DNA of 64,000 nucleotides, from the NCBI GenBank assembly GCA_004022145.1, contig RCNU01000002.1. The stretch is one strand, 5' to 3'. The notes beneath the pieces were generated by a model that worked only from the letters and a program-made list of their open reading frames with translations, did not search any database and had not been told where the DNA came from. The stretch comes from Paecilomyces variotii. Taxonomy: Eukaryota. A program made the translations under genes and the position numbers. Of the stretch, positions 49,993 to 62,660 are shown piece after piece; within the stretch, counting starts at the first letter, position 1, and each line of letters opens with the position of its first letter.

Positions 49993-52706
49993 TTAAGGGT
50001 TGCTGATTCGTTGATAGAACAGGAGATAAGCGACTTTGTTGTCACGGCTGCCATACCTCCCGATGGGCGTTCGGACACCTGAAGATGCTGGCGACGCAGT
50101 TCCGTTCGCGACTACAGCGGCAGCGGTTGATTTCTTGCTCGAATGACCGGACCCACTGCCGTTGACTTGGTTCCAACCCTTCTCGTTGTCGACGCTCTCG
50201 TCGTCTTGGTCGAACTGGTCGTATATATTTGCGTTCGGGATCTTGTCGCGCTTGTGCTGCTCAAGCGCAGCAGCAACAACCTTGGGATCCTCCTCACCAC
50301 CAGCCTCAGCGACGTCTTCGCTTCGGATGCGGCGAATAACAGTATCGTCTAAACGAATCCATTCACGGCCGTCCTGGCGGCGGACATCGACAGTGTAATG
50401 ACCACCGCTCGCATTTTTGCCGTGATGATAGATTACACCGATAAGTCGGTATTTCGGCAATCCTCCTTGCGCCGTTATAGCATTGCGCCGATGCGGAGGG
50501 AAGACCTCACGGGGAATTTCAAGATCGAGTGGATAGCCGATTTTCTTCCAGATCTTCTGAGTGCCCCTGGTAACGCTGTCATATTGGAAACGTTTGAGGT
50601 GCAAAATGAGGACGGGTGGCAGGGTTTCAATGAATATCTGCTTCGTTGCGGTTGCATTAGGTCCACGTGCAGAGCTAAAGTCGCCATGGATAGTTTCTGG
50701 CTTCGTCAAGCCTTTCAAAGCATCGACGATGTTGTTGACTTCAGGAGATCCGATGTCAAGTTGCAGAGGTTGATATGGTTCCAAGGTCACGGAATTCTTG
50801 TTCCCGGGGACTCTGAATTCTGACCTGATCTTTCCCCCAAAGATCTTCGTAATAGGCGATTCCAGGGCAATATGCCCTGAGGATCGAGTAACAGCAGCCT
50901 TTTGCTTGTGGCCAACTTCCAACCACCCGTCTGCTGACGGCTCTTCGAAAGTAGCAGTGGATTCGACGTCCGCGGACGCAGACACATCAGATCCAACTGC
51001 ACCGGCAGCCTTGGCAGCCTCAGTACATTCCTCATGGAGTTCCTCCAGGAGGAATCCCAAGAACTCCTGGGCATCTTGCTGATGACCACGGCGCATATCA
51101 CGGAAGCGAGGCAGCTGCCTAATCACCTCATAGACATATTCAGGGGAGAATGCATCGCCGTACTGCTCCAATTCGTTTTGTTTGAGTCGCAATTTCAACT
51201 GCTCAGTCGATCGTGCTGCGTCGATGACTCGGAACTCCCGCATAAACATAATCATAGCATCGATGAGAGGAACGTCGCTTTTGAAACTATGAGCAGCTCG
51301 TCGACCGACATGTTCCAGGAACTGATAGAACGGAATGCAAAAAACAAGAATCTGTAGGACCGAATTCATGTAACACATGTTTCCAGTATTTACAAGTCCC
51401 CTGGGCTCGAGGAATGCAATCTTATCGCTGTACTGATCGACATCGGCTCCTAGGTCCTTGAGGACCTCTGCAAGAGTCTGGCTTCTGGACACAGCCAGAC
51501 CACTGCCTTCAGTAGATGAAGGCGTAGGAACTCCTGCATTCCGCGAAGCGGATTTTGACTTCACAAGGTCAGCCCAAGATTTAGGAGCTGGAGGCTGAGA
51601 AGCAGGCTTTGCTGGCTCTTCGACGACATTAGTTGATCCCGTCGTAGTCGCTTCCGCAGAGGCGTCACGAGATGAGTCAGCACCATTCTCGTTGGCCGTC
51701 GTAGAGGGACGACCAGAACCATCCTTGCTCTGCTGTCGGTTCGTGGGTGATTGTGCGACAATAGGGACCACAGGGATGACGGGCACCGCAGGTCTGGAAG
51801 CACCGGAGCTTTTTACAGGTACTTGTGGTTGTGCCTGGTTCTGAGGGCGGCTGGTTGATTGAGGGACTGCAGACGAGGGAGTTGTGGGCTGAGTTGAGGC
51901 AGTCTCGGATGGGGCATGTGAGGTAGTAGGTGTCTGGGGCTCAGAAAGCAGGGGAGCTGAAGACTCTGGTGCCTTGACTGGTTGTTCGTTGGCCGTTTCC
52001 TGCGAGCTTGGGGTGTTCTTCACGGGAAGTTCCACGGACACAGACTGCAGGGTTCGACCCTTTCGGCGTCTGCGAGGGACTCTAGCAGGGAAAGGCGCAC
52101 TGGGAACAGAAAGCCAGGGAACCTAGATGACCTGTCAACAGATCGTTCTTATACTACTTAGAGTAGATAGGAGATACTCACGGGTGCACGAAAGGGCTCT
52201 CGAACAGCGGGGACTAGCTTAAGAGCATCTGAGGACTGCGAAGGCGTGGTTGGCGTTGGAACTGGATTGACCGTATGGCCGATAAGCGGGTTTTCGTGAG
52301 CAACCATCTGGCTGGGAGCGGGCACGGGCGGCGACGGGGACATGGTTGGTTGAAAAGGAGTCGAGGCAGCCGTCCTCGGTTGCAGAGGAAGCGAAGGAGG
52401 TGGAATATGGGCCGGTGCCATCACAGGCTGCGTATGAGGATACGAGGAGACGATCAACGGTGCATACGGAGGCTGGTATGGACGTGGAGGAGGCTGCATC
52501 TGCGGGTAAGAATACCAGTGCGGGTACTGTTGCGGCGCATACGCAGGAGGAAGATGACCGTTGAGATGAGGCGGATGATAGCCCATGTATGCTGGCGGAG
52601 AACGTATATTAGGAGGCCCAGTTGAGTAGGGAATCTCATGCTGCCGTCTTGGAGGAGGCATGGGCGGCTGCCCATGGGGCATGGCGGGCAGATGATGGTT
52701 CATCAT
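49993..52706 (-). CDS. ubp3: Ubiquitin-specific protease Ubp3 (USP10 orthologue); intron 52123-52181
   Basis: Pro/Gln-rich N-terminus; PKSWADL; Cys box PRGLVNTGNMCYMNSVLQ; QQDAQEFL; SVTLEPYQPLQLDI; His box YHHGKNASGGHYTVDV; AYLLFYQR. Confidence 0.9.
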
Positions 52707-53416
52707 GTCCAGGCACTTGGTGCGGTTGTCCTGACTGTTCAGCCACGCGTCGCCTCAATGGGAGCCATACAGATACGGTGGATCAGAGGCAGGACAGCAG
52801 ACCTTGCACTGGCCTATTCAGCCATTCTGAGCGCAAGGTCAGACGGGGAGGAGCAGATGAGGGAAGACGTTGGAGAAGGTTGAGTCGCAACGAGCTGAAA
52901 AAGGGATCGTTAGTTGGGCTGTTTGACCGCCAGGAGAGCCAGGAAGGGAGGAAGTCAACTAACCAGGACAGACAGGAGATCCCAGCCAAAGATATATCTC
53001 CGCCAGAACAGGGGAGATCCAACGATGCTGACCACGGCGACGGCGGAGGCTTGCGGGCGACGATGGAGATTCGCCAGCGAGTTTGCATGATGTTTTTGGG
53101 GAGGTCGCGGCACGTGCCTGAGGCTCTGGGCGCCAAGAGATGACATACATACTTGCGGTTCGCCCCTCGAGATCTCTCGCTTTCCCCCTCAACCCCTCGC
53201 CCCTCGGGGTATTCTATACGATCTATCTATCTATACTGTCTCTTGTCCTGCTCCTTTTATGACTCTCTATCGTTCCTTTCCATCAGGTCCTTTACCGTCC
53301 TTGGAGGGATCAGTCCCTCGGTTTGTCGCTCTCTAGAGTCCGTCATCCCCCGCCATTTGCGCTGACAAAACGGAGAGCGAGAGCAAGATAGCAAGGCAAC
53401 CAGACAGGTCTGAGAG

Positions 53417-55775
53417 ATGTCGTCCAATCTAGGGCAAAACCTGGGTCCTTCGAAAGCAATCAATATCCCCAGTCCATCCGCCTCAGCGACTTTCCATTCC
53501 AGCCATCCTCAGGTTGATAGCGGATCTCAGCGGCGTCCGGGAGGCTCAGGAAGCTTCGGCGCAGGGTCAACGTCGAGGAATACGCCGTCTCCAAGGAACA
53601 ATCAATCCCGAAAGACTCAACACAAACGTCAGAGGCGTCCACGTTTGGTGGATGAGGATGCATACGCGGAGTCTGTAAGTTGCCCCTGATTCATTCGTAC
53701 GGGCCTTCTGCAGTTTGCAATCCAACATTGGACGCTTTTGAACTGCCTCTTCATATCGTCGTAACACAATGCTAACTCTTACGTTTTCATTCGAGTAGAC
53801 CATAATGAGGTCCACTACGAGTCGCAAAGGACAGACGTCCATAACCCATCTGATGAACTTTGCTCTCCCTCCACGTCCCCAGTATCAGCCGCAACCCCAT
53901 CGCAACCACCGTCGATATCCAGCCTGGGGTCTTGGATCTGGGTACCATGCCGTGGATAAAGCCCGATATGTCCATGCCAATTACAGATTTATCGTCAATC
54001 CCACGCGCGATTACCATGCCCAGGCCTCCAATGCTGATGTTCACTTGGATTGGGACTCGGTTCTCCAAGTCTTGGTATCCTCTCAGACCCAGGCCGCCAG
54101 TTGTCCGATATGTCTAGAAATACCAGTGGCGCCACGGATGGCAAAGTGTGGCCATATATTCTGTCTTCCCTGTCTGATCCGATACATGCATTCGAGTGAT
54201 GACGAAAGCTCGCAATCAGCCAAGAAACAGCGGTGGAAGAAATGCCCGATATGTTACGACACCATATACATATCGGAGACGAGGCCGGTGAGATGGTTCT
54301 CCGGTCAGGAGGGCGATCTTCCTGTCGAAAACGGCGATGTGGTTATGAGGTTAATCAAGCGTGAGCCCGGCAGTACGCTGGCTCTTCCGCGCGACGGGGG
54401 CGAGAGTCTAGCTTCTGTTGACGATATACCTTGGTATCATGTCGCAGAAGTTGCAGACTATGCTAGGATTATGAAAGGAGGCGAAGACTATATGATGGCG
54501 CAGTATGATACCGAAATCGAGCAACTCAGAATTCAAGGGCAGGAAGATAATCTCCTCTTTGGTGACGATACGACCTGGACTCGGAAAGCTATTGGCAACA
54601 TCTACGAAGCTAAAGAGAAGATAAAAGGCATTGGCAATCCGCCAGACATGTCTCGAGTGCCAGTGGAGAAACGACCTCAAAAGGAGCCCATCAACTTCGA
54701 ACCCCCTCCGGACGGCGTTCCGGATATGTACACCTATGAGCACGCCACCAAGTCGGGCCAGGCATCGTCAGCCGAATCTGTCGTTGTTGCGGATACGGCA
54801 AGCACTTCCCCTACATCCGTCGAGACAGATAGACTTTCATCTGCAATGTCGAATCTGAAAGTTGACCCAGCATCTGAAGCCAGGTCTCAAGGAAATGCTT
54901 CTCACTCTGCTGTCACTCCTAGCGCGTCGCAACACGCCAAAGATACCAATCGTCCCCACCCTCCGGACCAGCCATTCTATTTCTACCAAGCCTTACCGCA
55001 TTACTACCTCTCCCCTCTCGATATTCGCATCTTAAAGGCTGCATTTGGTGATTTTTCGCTTTTCCCGGCCACCATCCTTCCTCGCGTAGAGCATATCTCG
55101 ACAGGTCATGTGGTGGACGACGAGCTGCGCAAGCGTGCCAAGTATCTGGGCCATCTTCCATACGGTTGCGAGGTAAATTTCCTAGAGTGTGACTGGAGGG
55201 ACCTAGTTAGTCCCGAAATACTTGACCGGTTCCGCGGAGAGACCGAGAAGAGGCGGAAGCGAAATCGAGAAAAGGAAGTCCGTGAGGAGAAAGAGCGGAT
55301 TCGTGCCGAGAAGGAAGAGGAGAAGAACTGGGCCATCGCTCGTCGAAAAGGATCCTCTGCCGGTGTAGGCCCGAGTGATCAGCCCATCTCCGATCGCGAC
55401 TTTCTGCCATTATCGAGTGCGGTAGGCGATCCGTCTTTGGGTGACTTGGGTCCTTTGTCAGCATCGCCCCCTTATACGTCCAACATGGAGTCACGCTTCA
55501 GCGCTTTAGCGTCGCCTTCGACCAGTCCGTCTGGCCCTCGGACGGTCTGGGGAACTGCAGCCGTGTCATCCACATCTCCACCCGACGCTGCTCCTCGAGG
55601 TCCTGCCCACGATGGCTGGTTGCAAGGATGGGAAGACCACTTGTTGGAGGAGCAGCAAGAGTTGTGGGCGCAAGCCGCTGCCGGCGGAGGCAGCGCCTCT
55701 GCCTCTTCCGGTAACAGGAAGAAGAAGAACAAGAAGATTACGTTGATGTCGACCAATATCCAGCGAGGTGCTTGA
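53417..55775 (+). CDS. mag2: RING E3 ubiquitin ligase Mag2 (RNF10 orthologue); one intron (~53675-53798)
   Basis: SITHLMNF; DKARYVHANYRFIV; DVHLDWDSVLQV; C3HC4 RING CPICL..RMAKCGHIFCLPC..WKKCPIC; FYFYQA..YYLSPLDIRILK; KYLGHLPYGCEVNFLECD; C-terminal KKKNKKITLMST. Confidence 0.88.
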
Positions 55776-56953
55776 ACTAGCGGGTCGATCTCCGTTTTCT
55801 CTTCCCCTTGGGATTTCTTTAGCGGTTTAAAGTGTTTCTCAGGACATCGATGAAATCCTGCCGGGATCATATCTTCTTTTATTTTTTTTTTCTTTCTCTC
55901 GCCCAGGGAATCCCCTCTCGCCTTGTCACCTTGGAGTAGAACTTAGTCTCCACGGTTCTTGAGGTTAACTTTCCATGCTTCAGCAATAGAAAATGCTATA
56001 CACTCTAGTCGAGATACTAGACACGGCACGACACGGCAAAAGCCCAGGATTATATGAGATGAAGGCCTGATGAATAAGCCCTGAAGTAAGACTAACAATA
56101 GCTTATGGACAATTTACAACTCGGTTAATAATTTAGATGTGGTGCTTGGAGAGATAGGAAGGGGTACCTATATAAAGAAGCCTCTCACACGGGGTTGGCA
56201 AGTTCTCTAAAGTGAATTATATCCGTGATCTGCGTTATCGCTCCGTCAGTCCACGGGTTCTTAGACGAGTACAAGCTGATACTTCATTGCAGTTGGAGTG
56301 AGAGGATTATTATGACTTTTTTATCTTGTGCACGCCGCTCTCTTGAGAGCAGTCTACATGGTTAACCACTATATAAAGAAATTTGAAAAAGAAATTATCA
56401 TACCACTTGTATTCAATCCCTTGGATCGGCACAATCCCTATTGTACGCCAAGTACATGGAAAGGTAAAGCCACGAATTTCCGCCCCGAAAGCACCGAGAT
56501 TATTCTGGTGCAGACATCAATTACTCTTGATTAGACTCTCCCGGCGACCGAGGAACCCGTGGCTTAAATTTCCCCGGTACTTATTCAACTTCAAAGCAAA
56601 CACTCGAAAAGGAAAATTCACAACAAGCACATTCAGTCTGGCTGTCGACGCGATATCCGTAATCGAGTTTGATTCTCGAGGAGGCCAAGAAGAACAGAAT
56701 ATAAATCCACCCAACGCATGACAAATAATGATCTGCATTGGCATAGTTATTTATTTATCTAAATGCGTTAAGGCAGATCTGGTGTGGCGCGGGTGCGGAG
56801 TGCTTTTAACTAGTCTCCAAGGCCAGGAACGCGCCCGCTAAGTAGTTAAGCTAAATCTGTACTGTACATGTAGCATCATCCTTTTCCTTTTTCTCCGTCC
56901 CTCCTTCTTCACCACGATTTGACAAGGCGACACACATGGGCCAGGCTGACAGG

Positions 56954-58933
56954 ATGAGAGTCACCCGTTCTCAGACGGGGAAGACCCCGAAGTAAGTGTA
57001 TTTGTCCTTCTTACACCGTTCGAAAGAGAAGAAAAAAGTGTCCCGCCGCGGTTGCAGCCCCCTGTCCATTATTGTCTGGGGAATTTATCTTGACTAACTC
57101 GCGACTTGCGTCTGATATAGGAAGGCTGAACGTCCTGGCTTCGTAGAAACGCCAGGCGCTCGACGTGTGACGCGCAGTCGGGCTTCAATGACCCCCGATC
57201 CCAGTGCAGACGACGCGTCCGACTCGACGGCGGAGACCCGTTCAGTAGCCAAATCCTCGTCGCGCCGCCGCACAACTGCGCAGGTGAAGAAGGAGGAAGA
57301 AGAAGAGGAGGAGGAGTCACTGGTTGAAGACAAGGTCGCCGTGGAGACCAATGGCAAAGCCAATGGGCATGCGAACGGACACGTTAAAAAGGAGGCCAAA
57401 ATCATTGACGGATGGGTAGAGGGCACGGATCCCAAGATCGACTATAGCGGACACTTCGAATTTGGAGGCTCCTGGGGTGTGCTCGCCATGATGATAGGTT
57501 TCCCTCTGCTCATGTACTACATGTGGATCGGTGCGACGTACTATGATGGGAAATTCCCTATCCGGGCTGAGGGCCAGAGCCTGCCTGACTTCTTTGCGCA
57601 TCTCGCTCACCTGGTCTACGAGGGCGCGTTCCCTTCACTGAAAGCTTGGGCGATCTACTGGGGATTCTTCATCTTCGAAATGATCTGCTACTTACAGCTG
57701 CCCGGAATCACCCTCATGGGCCGTCCGCTCCCGCACGAGGGCGGAAAGCAGCTGCCGTACTACTGCTCAGCTGTGTGGTCGTTTTACACCACTATCGTCG
57801 CTGCGCTCGCGCTGCATTTCACCGGTCTTTTCAAGTTGTACACCATCATCGACGAGTTTGGACCGCTGATGAGCGTGGCTATCATCTCCGGTTTCCTGGT
57901 CTCCTTCATTGCATATTTCTCCGCCCTCGCGCGTGGCCGACAGCACCGTATGACTGGATATCCGATCTATGACTTCTTCATGGGGGCGGAGTTGAACCCT
58001 CGCATGTTCGGCCTCCTCGACTTCAAGATGTTCTTCGAAGTCCGGTTGCCCTGGTATATCCTGCTCTTGGTTACTCTCGGTGCCGCGGCGCGTCAGTATG
58101 AGACTTACGGCTACGTTTCTGGCGAAGTTGGCTTCCTTCTCCTGGCGCACTACCTGTACGCCAATGCTTGCTCAAAAGGCGAGGAATGCATCATCTCGAC
58201 ATGGTAAGACTGGTTTCTTCTCTATCGGGTTGTTTAACAAAGTTACTGACCGGTCCTCAGGGATATGTACTATGAGAAATGGGGCTTCATGCTCATCTTC
58301 TGGAATCTGGCCGGTGTGCCCCTGAGCTACTGCCACTGCACAATCTACTTGGCCAACCACGATCCTGCCACCTACCGCTGGAACAGATTCGCGCTGGCAT
58401 TCCTGTACATTGCGTACCTGTTCGTCTACTGGATCTGGGATACAGCCAACAGCCAGAAGAACCGCTTCCGCCAGCAGGAGCGCGGTACCCTGGTTTTCCG
58501 CAAGACTTTCCCACAGCTGCCGTGGCAGACGGTGCAGAACCCCAAGACTATCAAGTGCCCTCAGGGTACGATCTTGGTCGATGGGTGGTGTAAGTGCATT
58601 CAATAACGATCTCTTTCCATATCCAAGATGCTGACATGATCAACGAAAAAGATGGCCTGGCCCGCAAGATCCACTACACTTGTGATCTCTACTTTGCCTT
58701 GAACTGGGGTCTTATCACCGGTTTCCAGAGCCCCTTCCCATGGTTCTACCCGGTCTTCTTCGCATGCATGATTAGCCACCGCGCTCTGCGTGATATCCAG
58801 AAATGCCGTGCCAAGTACGGCGATGCGTGGCTCGAGTACGAAAGACGCGTGCCATATCTCTTCATTCCTGTAAGTCTCATTCCTTTTTTTTTCGTAAGAT
58901 TTGTTCCCTAACCCACTCTAGTATGTTTTCTAG
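56954..58933 (+). CDS. erg4: Delta-24(24-1) sterol reductase (C-24(28) reductase), 5 exons; an in-frame ATG at 56936 is an alternative start
   Basis: [88 protein letters not shown]. Confidence 0.95.
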
Positions 58934-59658
58934 AGGAAACGACAGCCGCCTCTACATTCAAGCACTGGGCCGTGCCCTGCCATATTATAGCCAAGCGTAA
59001 AATACCGCACTGGCCGACTCAAAACGTATACATCCGATAATATTCAATTGCTCCCACACCTTGCATCTTCGGTTCTTCCATTGTCATTCTATGTACATTA
59101 TAAGAATGCTGAAATCGCACAACTTCCTGCTTTCCTGCTTTTGTTGGTGTCGTCTTCAATATATCCTCAATTAATCATTATGCATGTGGGTTGCCCCACC
59201 GTTCATCGTTTGTTTATCGAGATAATTTTCTCGGCCATTTTGGGATCTGGTGACCCCCTTTTTTTCTCTTTCTGTCACCATTATGGATAGTATACTATTT
59301 CCAGTATCTAAAACGAGAACAAATGAAAATGAAAATATGAAGTATGATAATTCGAAGCCTGGAATATGTATGCTACGCGACTAGACAAGGGACATGGAAA
59401 TATGTAACCTCATCCATCGGCAACGATACCAATACGAATCAAAGAGCAGATATTATCTGGATGCTTTCCGAAGAAAACCGCGAGAGTATATATCTGGCTA
59501 TAAATGGAACGTAGTTATACTAACTAGATCCTCACGCTTCCACAGTCAAAATTTCAACAGCAAAGACAGTTTATCTCCTCACGAATAAGTCCCCAAAAAT
59601 AAATCGAGACTACGAACTAAGTAACTAAAGAGAGATAATAATTGATTACAAAATCCAA

Positions 59659-62600
59659 TCACCAATAGAAAAAAAACACACAAACTACAACAAGTAACCA
59701 CGTAGCTCTCCCAGATTGAACGGTAAGACTTGCTCTTCCTTCAAATAGAGACGGTGTTGGAGTTGGGTTTGGAGGTGTCGCTATGGAAGATGAGGAGGAG
59801 TTTGAATTTATCATAGGATAACCTGTTCCAGTCCCGATTCCGGAGCCAGAGCCAGTCGCGGCGGTTGTGATGGCTGTTCTTGTGGTGTGGGTATTTGGTA
59901 TTGCTGGAATATTTGATGGTATGAGTTTGGTAGATGTCTGTATGGGAGTCGTTCTATTTGTCGGACGTGATGGTATGAGAGTTCCCGTGATGGCTGTCGT
60001 TGGGTTTATTTCTGGAGATTCTCCATTTGGTGTGATTGAAGAACTAGTGCTCGTTGGAGATGCAGCTTGTTGCTCATTTGAGCCCGTAAGGCCAGTTTCG
60101 ATAGGGGATGTCGTCGGCTGCTTTCCAGGGATTTCTCCATTGCTTGGTATAGCAGAGCTAGTTGCGGAGGTAGGAATTGCGTCGCTTCCTGTCAATCCTC
60201 CATTGAGTGAGGTTTCTGAACTGGGTCCAGTCGTGGATGTTGTGCCTGTTCTAGGTTCAGGGGTTTCTCCTGTACCTGCTCCTGGCGTTGCTGGGTGCTC
60301 TGTAGATGTTGATGTTGAGCTGGCCCCTTTCTCGGTCGTTGGATGTGCGGTAGACCATGCTTCGGTGGCTCGAGATCCGGTTCCAACTCCAACTCCAGGG
60401 CCAGTTTGAGAAGTAGAGGTTGAAATGGAAGTTTGGCTTGTCGATGTAACACTGCTCGTCTGTGTAGTAGATTGAGACGATATGGTATCGGATTGAGAGG
60501 CTAAGATGGATGATGAGGAATCGGGAGATGAAGAGGACGGAGGAGAAGATAGAGAGGTGGAAGTTGTTATTGAAGTCTGAGTTGAAATTCCATCTGTTTC
60601 TGCCGAGTGTGATGTAGATGTGGACTCTGTCGATGATATTGAAATTGTGGATGAAGAGACAGATGGTGATGGTTCTGAAGATGATGTTGTAGTAACTCTT
60701 ATACTAGATTCGATAGAAACTGTAGATACTCTAGTATTTGTGGTACTATACGTATCTTGCGCGGTAGTTGGTTCAACGCTAGTTTCTGTGGTTGCTGGCG
60801 TTGGAGAAGTTGTCATGCTAGGGGTGAGCGTACTTTCAGTCTTGCCTGTCTCCGTGCTAAGTGTGGTATCTTTCGACAACGAAGTAGCAGCCTCTGACTC
60901 CGTCGCAGCTGGTGGAGAATTCCCAGACTGAGGTGTGGGTTGAGATGGCACATTTCCACAGAAATCAAGGAATTGCTGGAACTGCGGCAGGATACCACCA
61001 ATGGTAATAATAGCATCCCAGTGAGACTCGACACAAGAGTCACACATATCCAGCTGTATCTTAAACTCAGACCCGTTTTGGCATAACATAGGCGTTTTCC
61101 CCGTCTGTTGTGCTTCAACCATACAGTTATTGCACTGGTCGAAACATAATCCCGGGATTATGGAGGTGCTATATTGCCTCTTCTTTTGTCCGCGCCTTCG
61201 TTCCTCCTGTCCGTTCTCGAGACTGTATCCATTTGGGAAGGCGAAAACGCCATAGTCAAGACCAAACTCGGTAGGGTTCAGGTTGAAGTATCCTGGTGAC
61301 ACAATGTATTTTTCTGTCTTGTTGGAAACAGGGTACTGAGGCGCATGGAGGGGAGGGACAGGTATGCATTCCTCCGGACTGCAATAGTAGGTATCTGCCG
61401 GAGGACCAGCTTCGAAGTTGCAGTTGCCGTCGGCGGCTGATTTCTTGGGATGGCAAAGGTATCCTGGTGGACAACCCCACGTGTAGTCTGTTGGAAGAGG
61501 GGTTGGTGCCGTGTATGTTGGGTTGGTGATGCGGCTTGGACAGATAGACAAAGTATTTGACGATGGAACTGCAACCGTGGTTAATCGAGGGTATGCTTTT
61601 AATTGGGAACTGACAGTCTTCACTTACCAAAAATAGTCGATGGTGTGGGAGTAACCACACGCACAGTAGTTTTAGCAGTGGCTGTTAGACGGCCGGCAGA
61701 CGATGTAGGTACAGCTAAAGCGGCGCTGGCCGAGACAGGTGTTGTCCTTTCGGATTGAATTATTCTGCTTGAGGGCACAATGCTGACGGAGCTTGGTGAT
61801 ATTACCGGTTTAGGTGCTTCAGATGCAACAACAGTGGTAGTGCTCTCTATATGACTGAGAGTGCTATAAGGCAACGTAATCGTAGTTGTGCCTTCTACCG
61901 ACGAAGTCGAATATCGCAGGACCGTTGCCGTTTTGGTCGTCCTGGCGGTCACTGTAGTTGCTTCACCGGATAAAGTGGTACTAAATTTAACAGTTGTAGT
62001 TAAAAGGGAAGTCTGAAAGGTGGCCGGTATGGTTTCAATTGCAGATGTAGGAACGAGTGAAGTAATGGCACTCGGAGAAGTGGCTCTAGTTGGACTTGGA
62101 TGGACGGTAGGATAACGGGATGTCGATAGAGAGGGTATGACGGACATCGATGTCTTCTCAGATGGAGAGATGACAGAATGTGAAGAACTCGATGCTGGAG
62201 AAGTATGAGGTATACTGCTCACAGACTCCGTATGCCAGTAAGAAGTAGAAGTCGTTTCCTGATAAATTCTATAGTCAGAGCCAACTAATCCAGCCAGGCT
62301 ACGTGAGATGGATCGCTTCCTACCGTCGATAGTTCAGAAGAGATTGGCAAAGTTGTTGCAGTCTAATATATACCTAATTATTAGCTACAGTACCTCTAGA
62401 ATGAGGCCCTTCTGGAATCGGGAATTGACAAGGGCATCACTTACCGACCAACTGCTGGTATAGGAGTGTGTGCTTGTACTAGCAGATTCAGTACAACTAC
62501 AAGGCGCTGTAAATGTGTCCGTCTCCCAAATTGTTGTCACAGATTCTTCTCCCGTCTCATACAAAATATTTTCAAACAATAAATCATCTAACTGCGAAAC

Positions 62601-62660
62601 TGTGTATTGTGCGCACACAACTGGCACAAGGAAAAGGCCCAGAAACAAAATGTGCCGCAT
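59659..62660 (-). CDS. Large secreted Ser/Thr-rich, probably GPI-anchored cell-surface glycoprotein with two Cys-rich modules, 4 exons
   Basis: Signal peptide MRHILFLGLFLVPVVCA; 39-nt internal exon TATTLPISSELST restores the frame; Cys modules WGCPPGYLC..CNFE..YYCSPEEC and CFDQCNNC..LC..CDSC..FC; long S/T tracts; hydrophobic C-terminus after FEGRA. Confidence 0.85.

Noticed and set aside
59867-60931. Val/Asp/Glu-rich plus-strand ORFs
   Set aside because: Antisense shadows of the Ser/Thr-rich glycoprotein.
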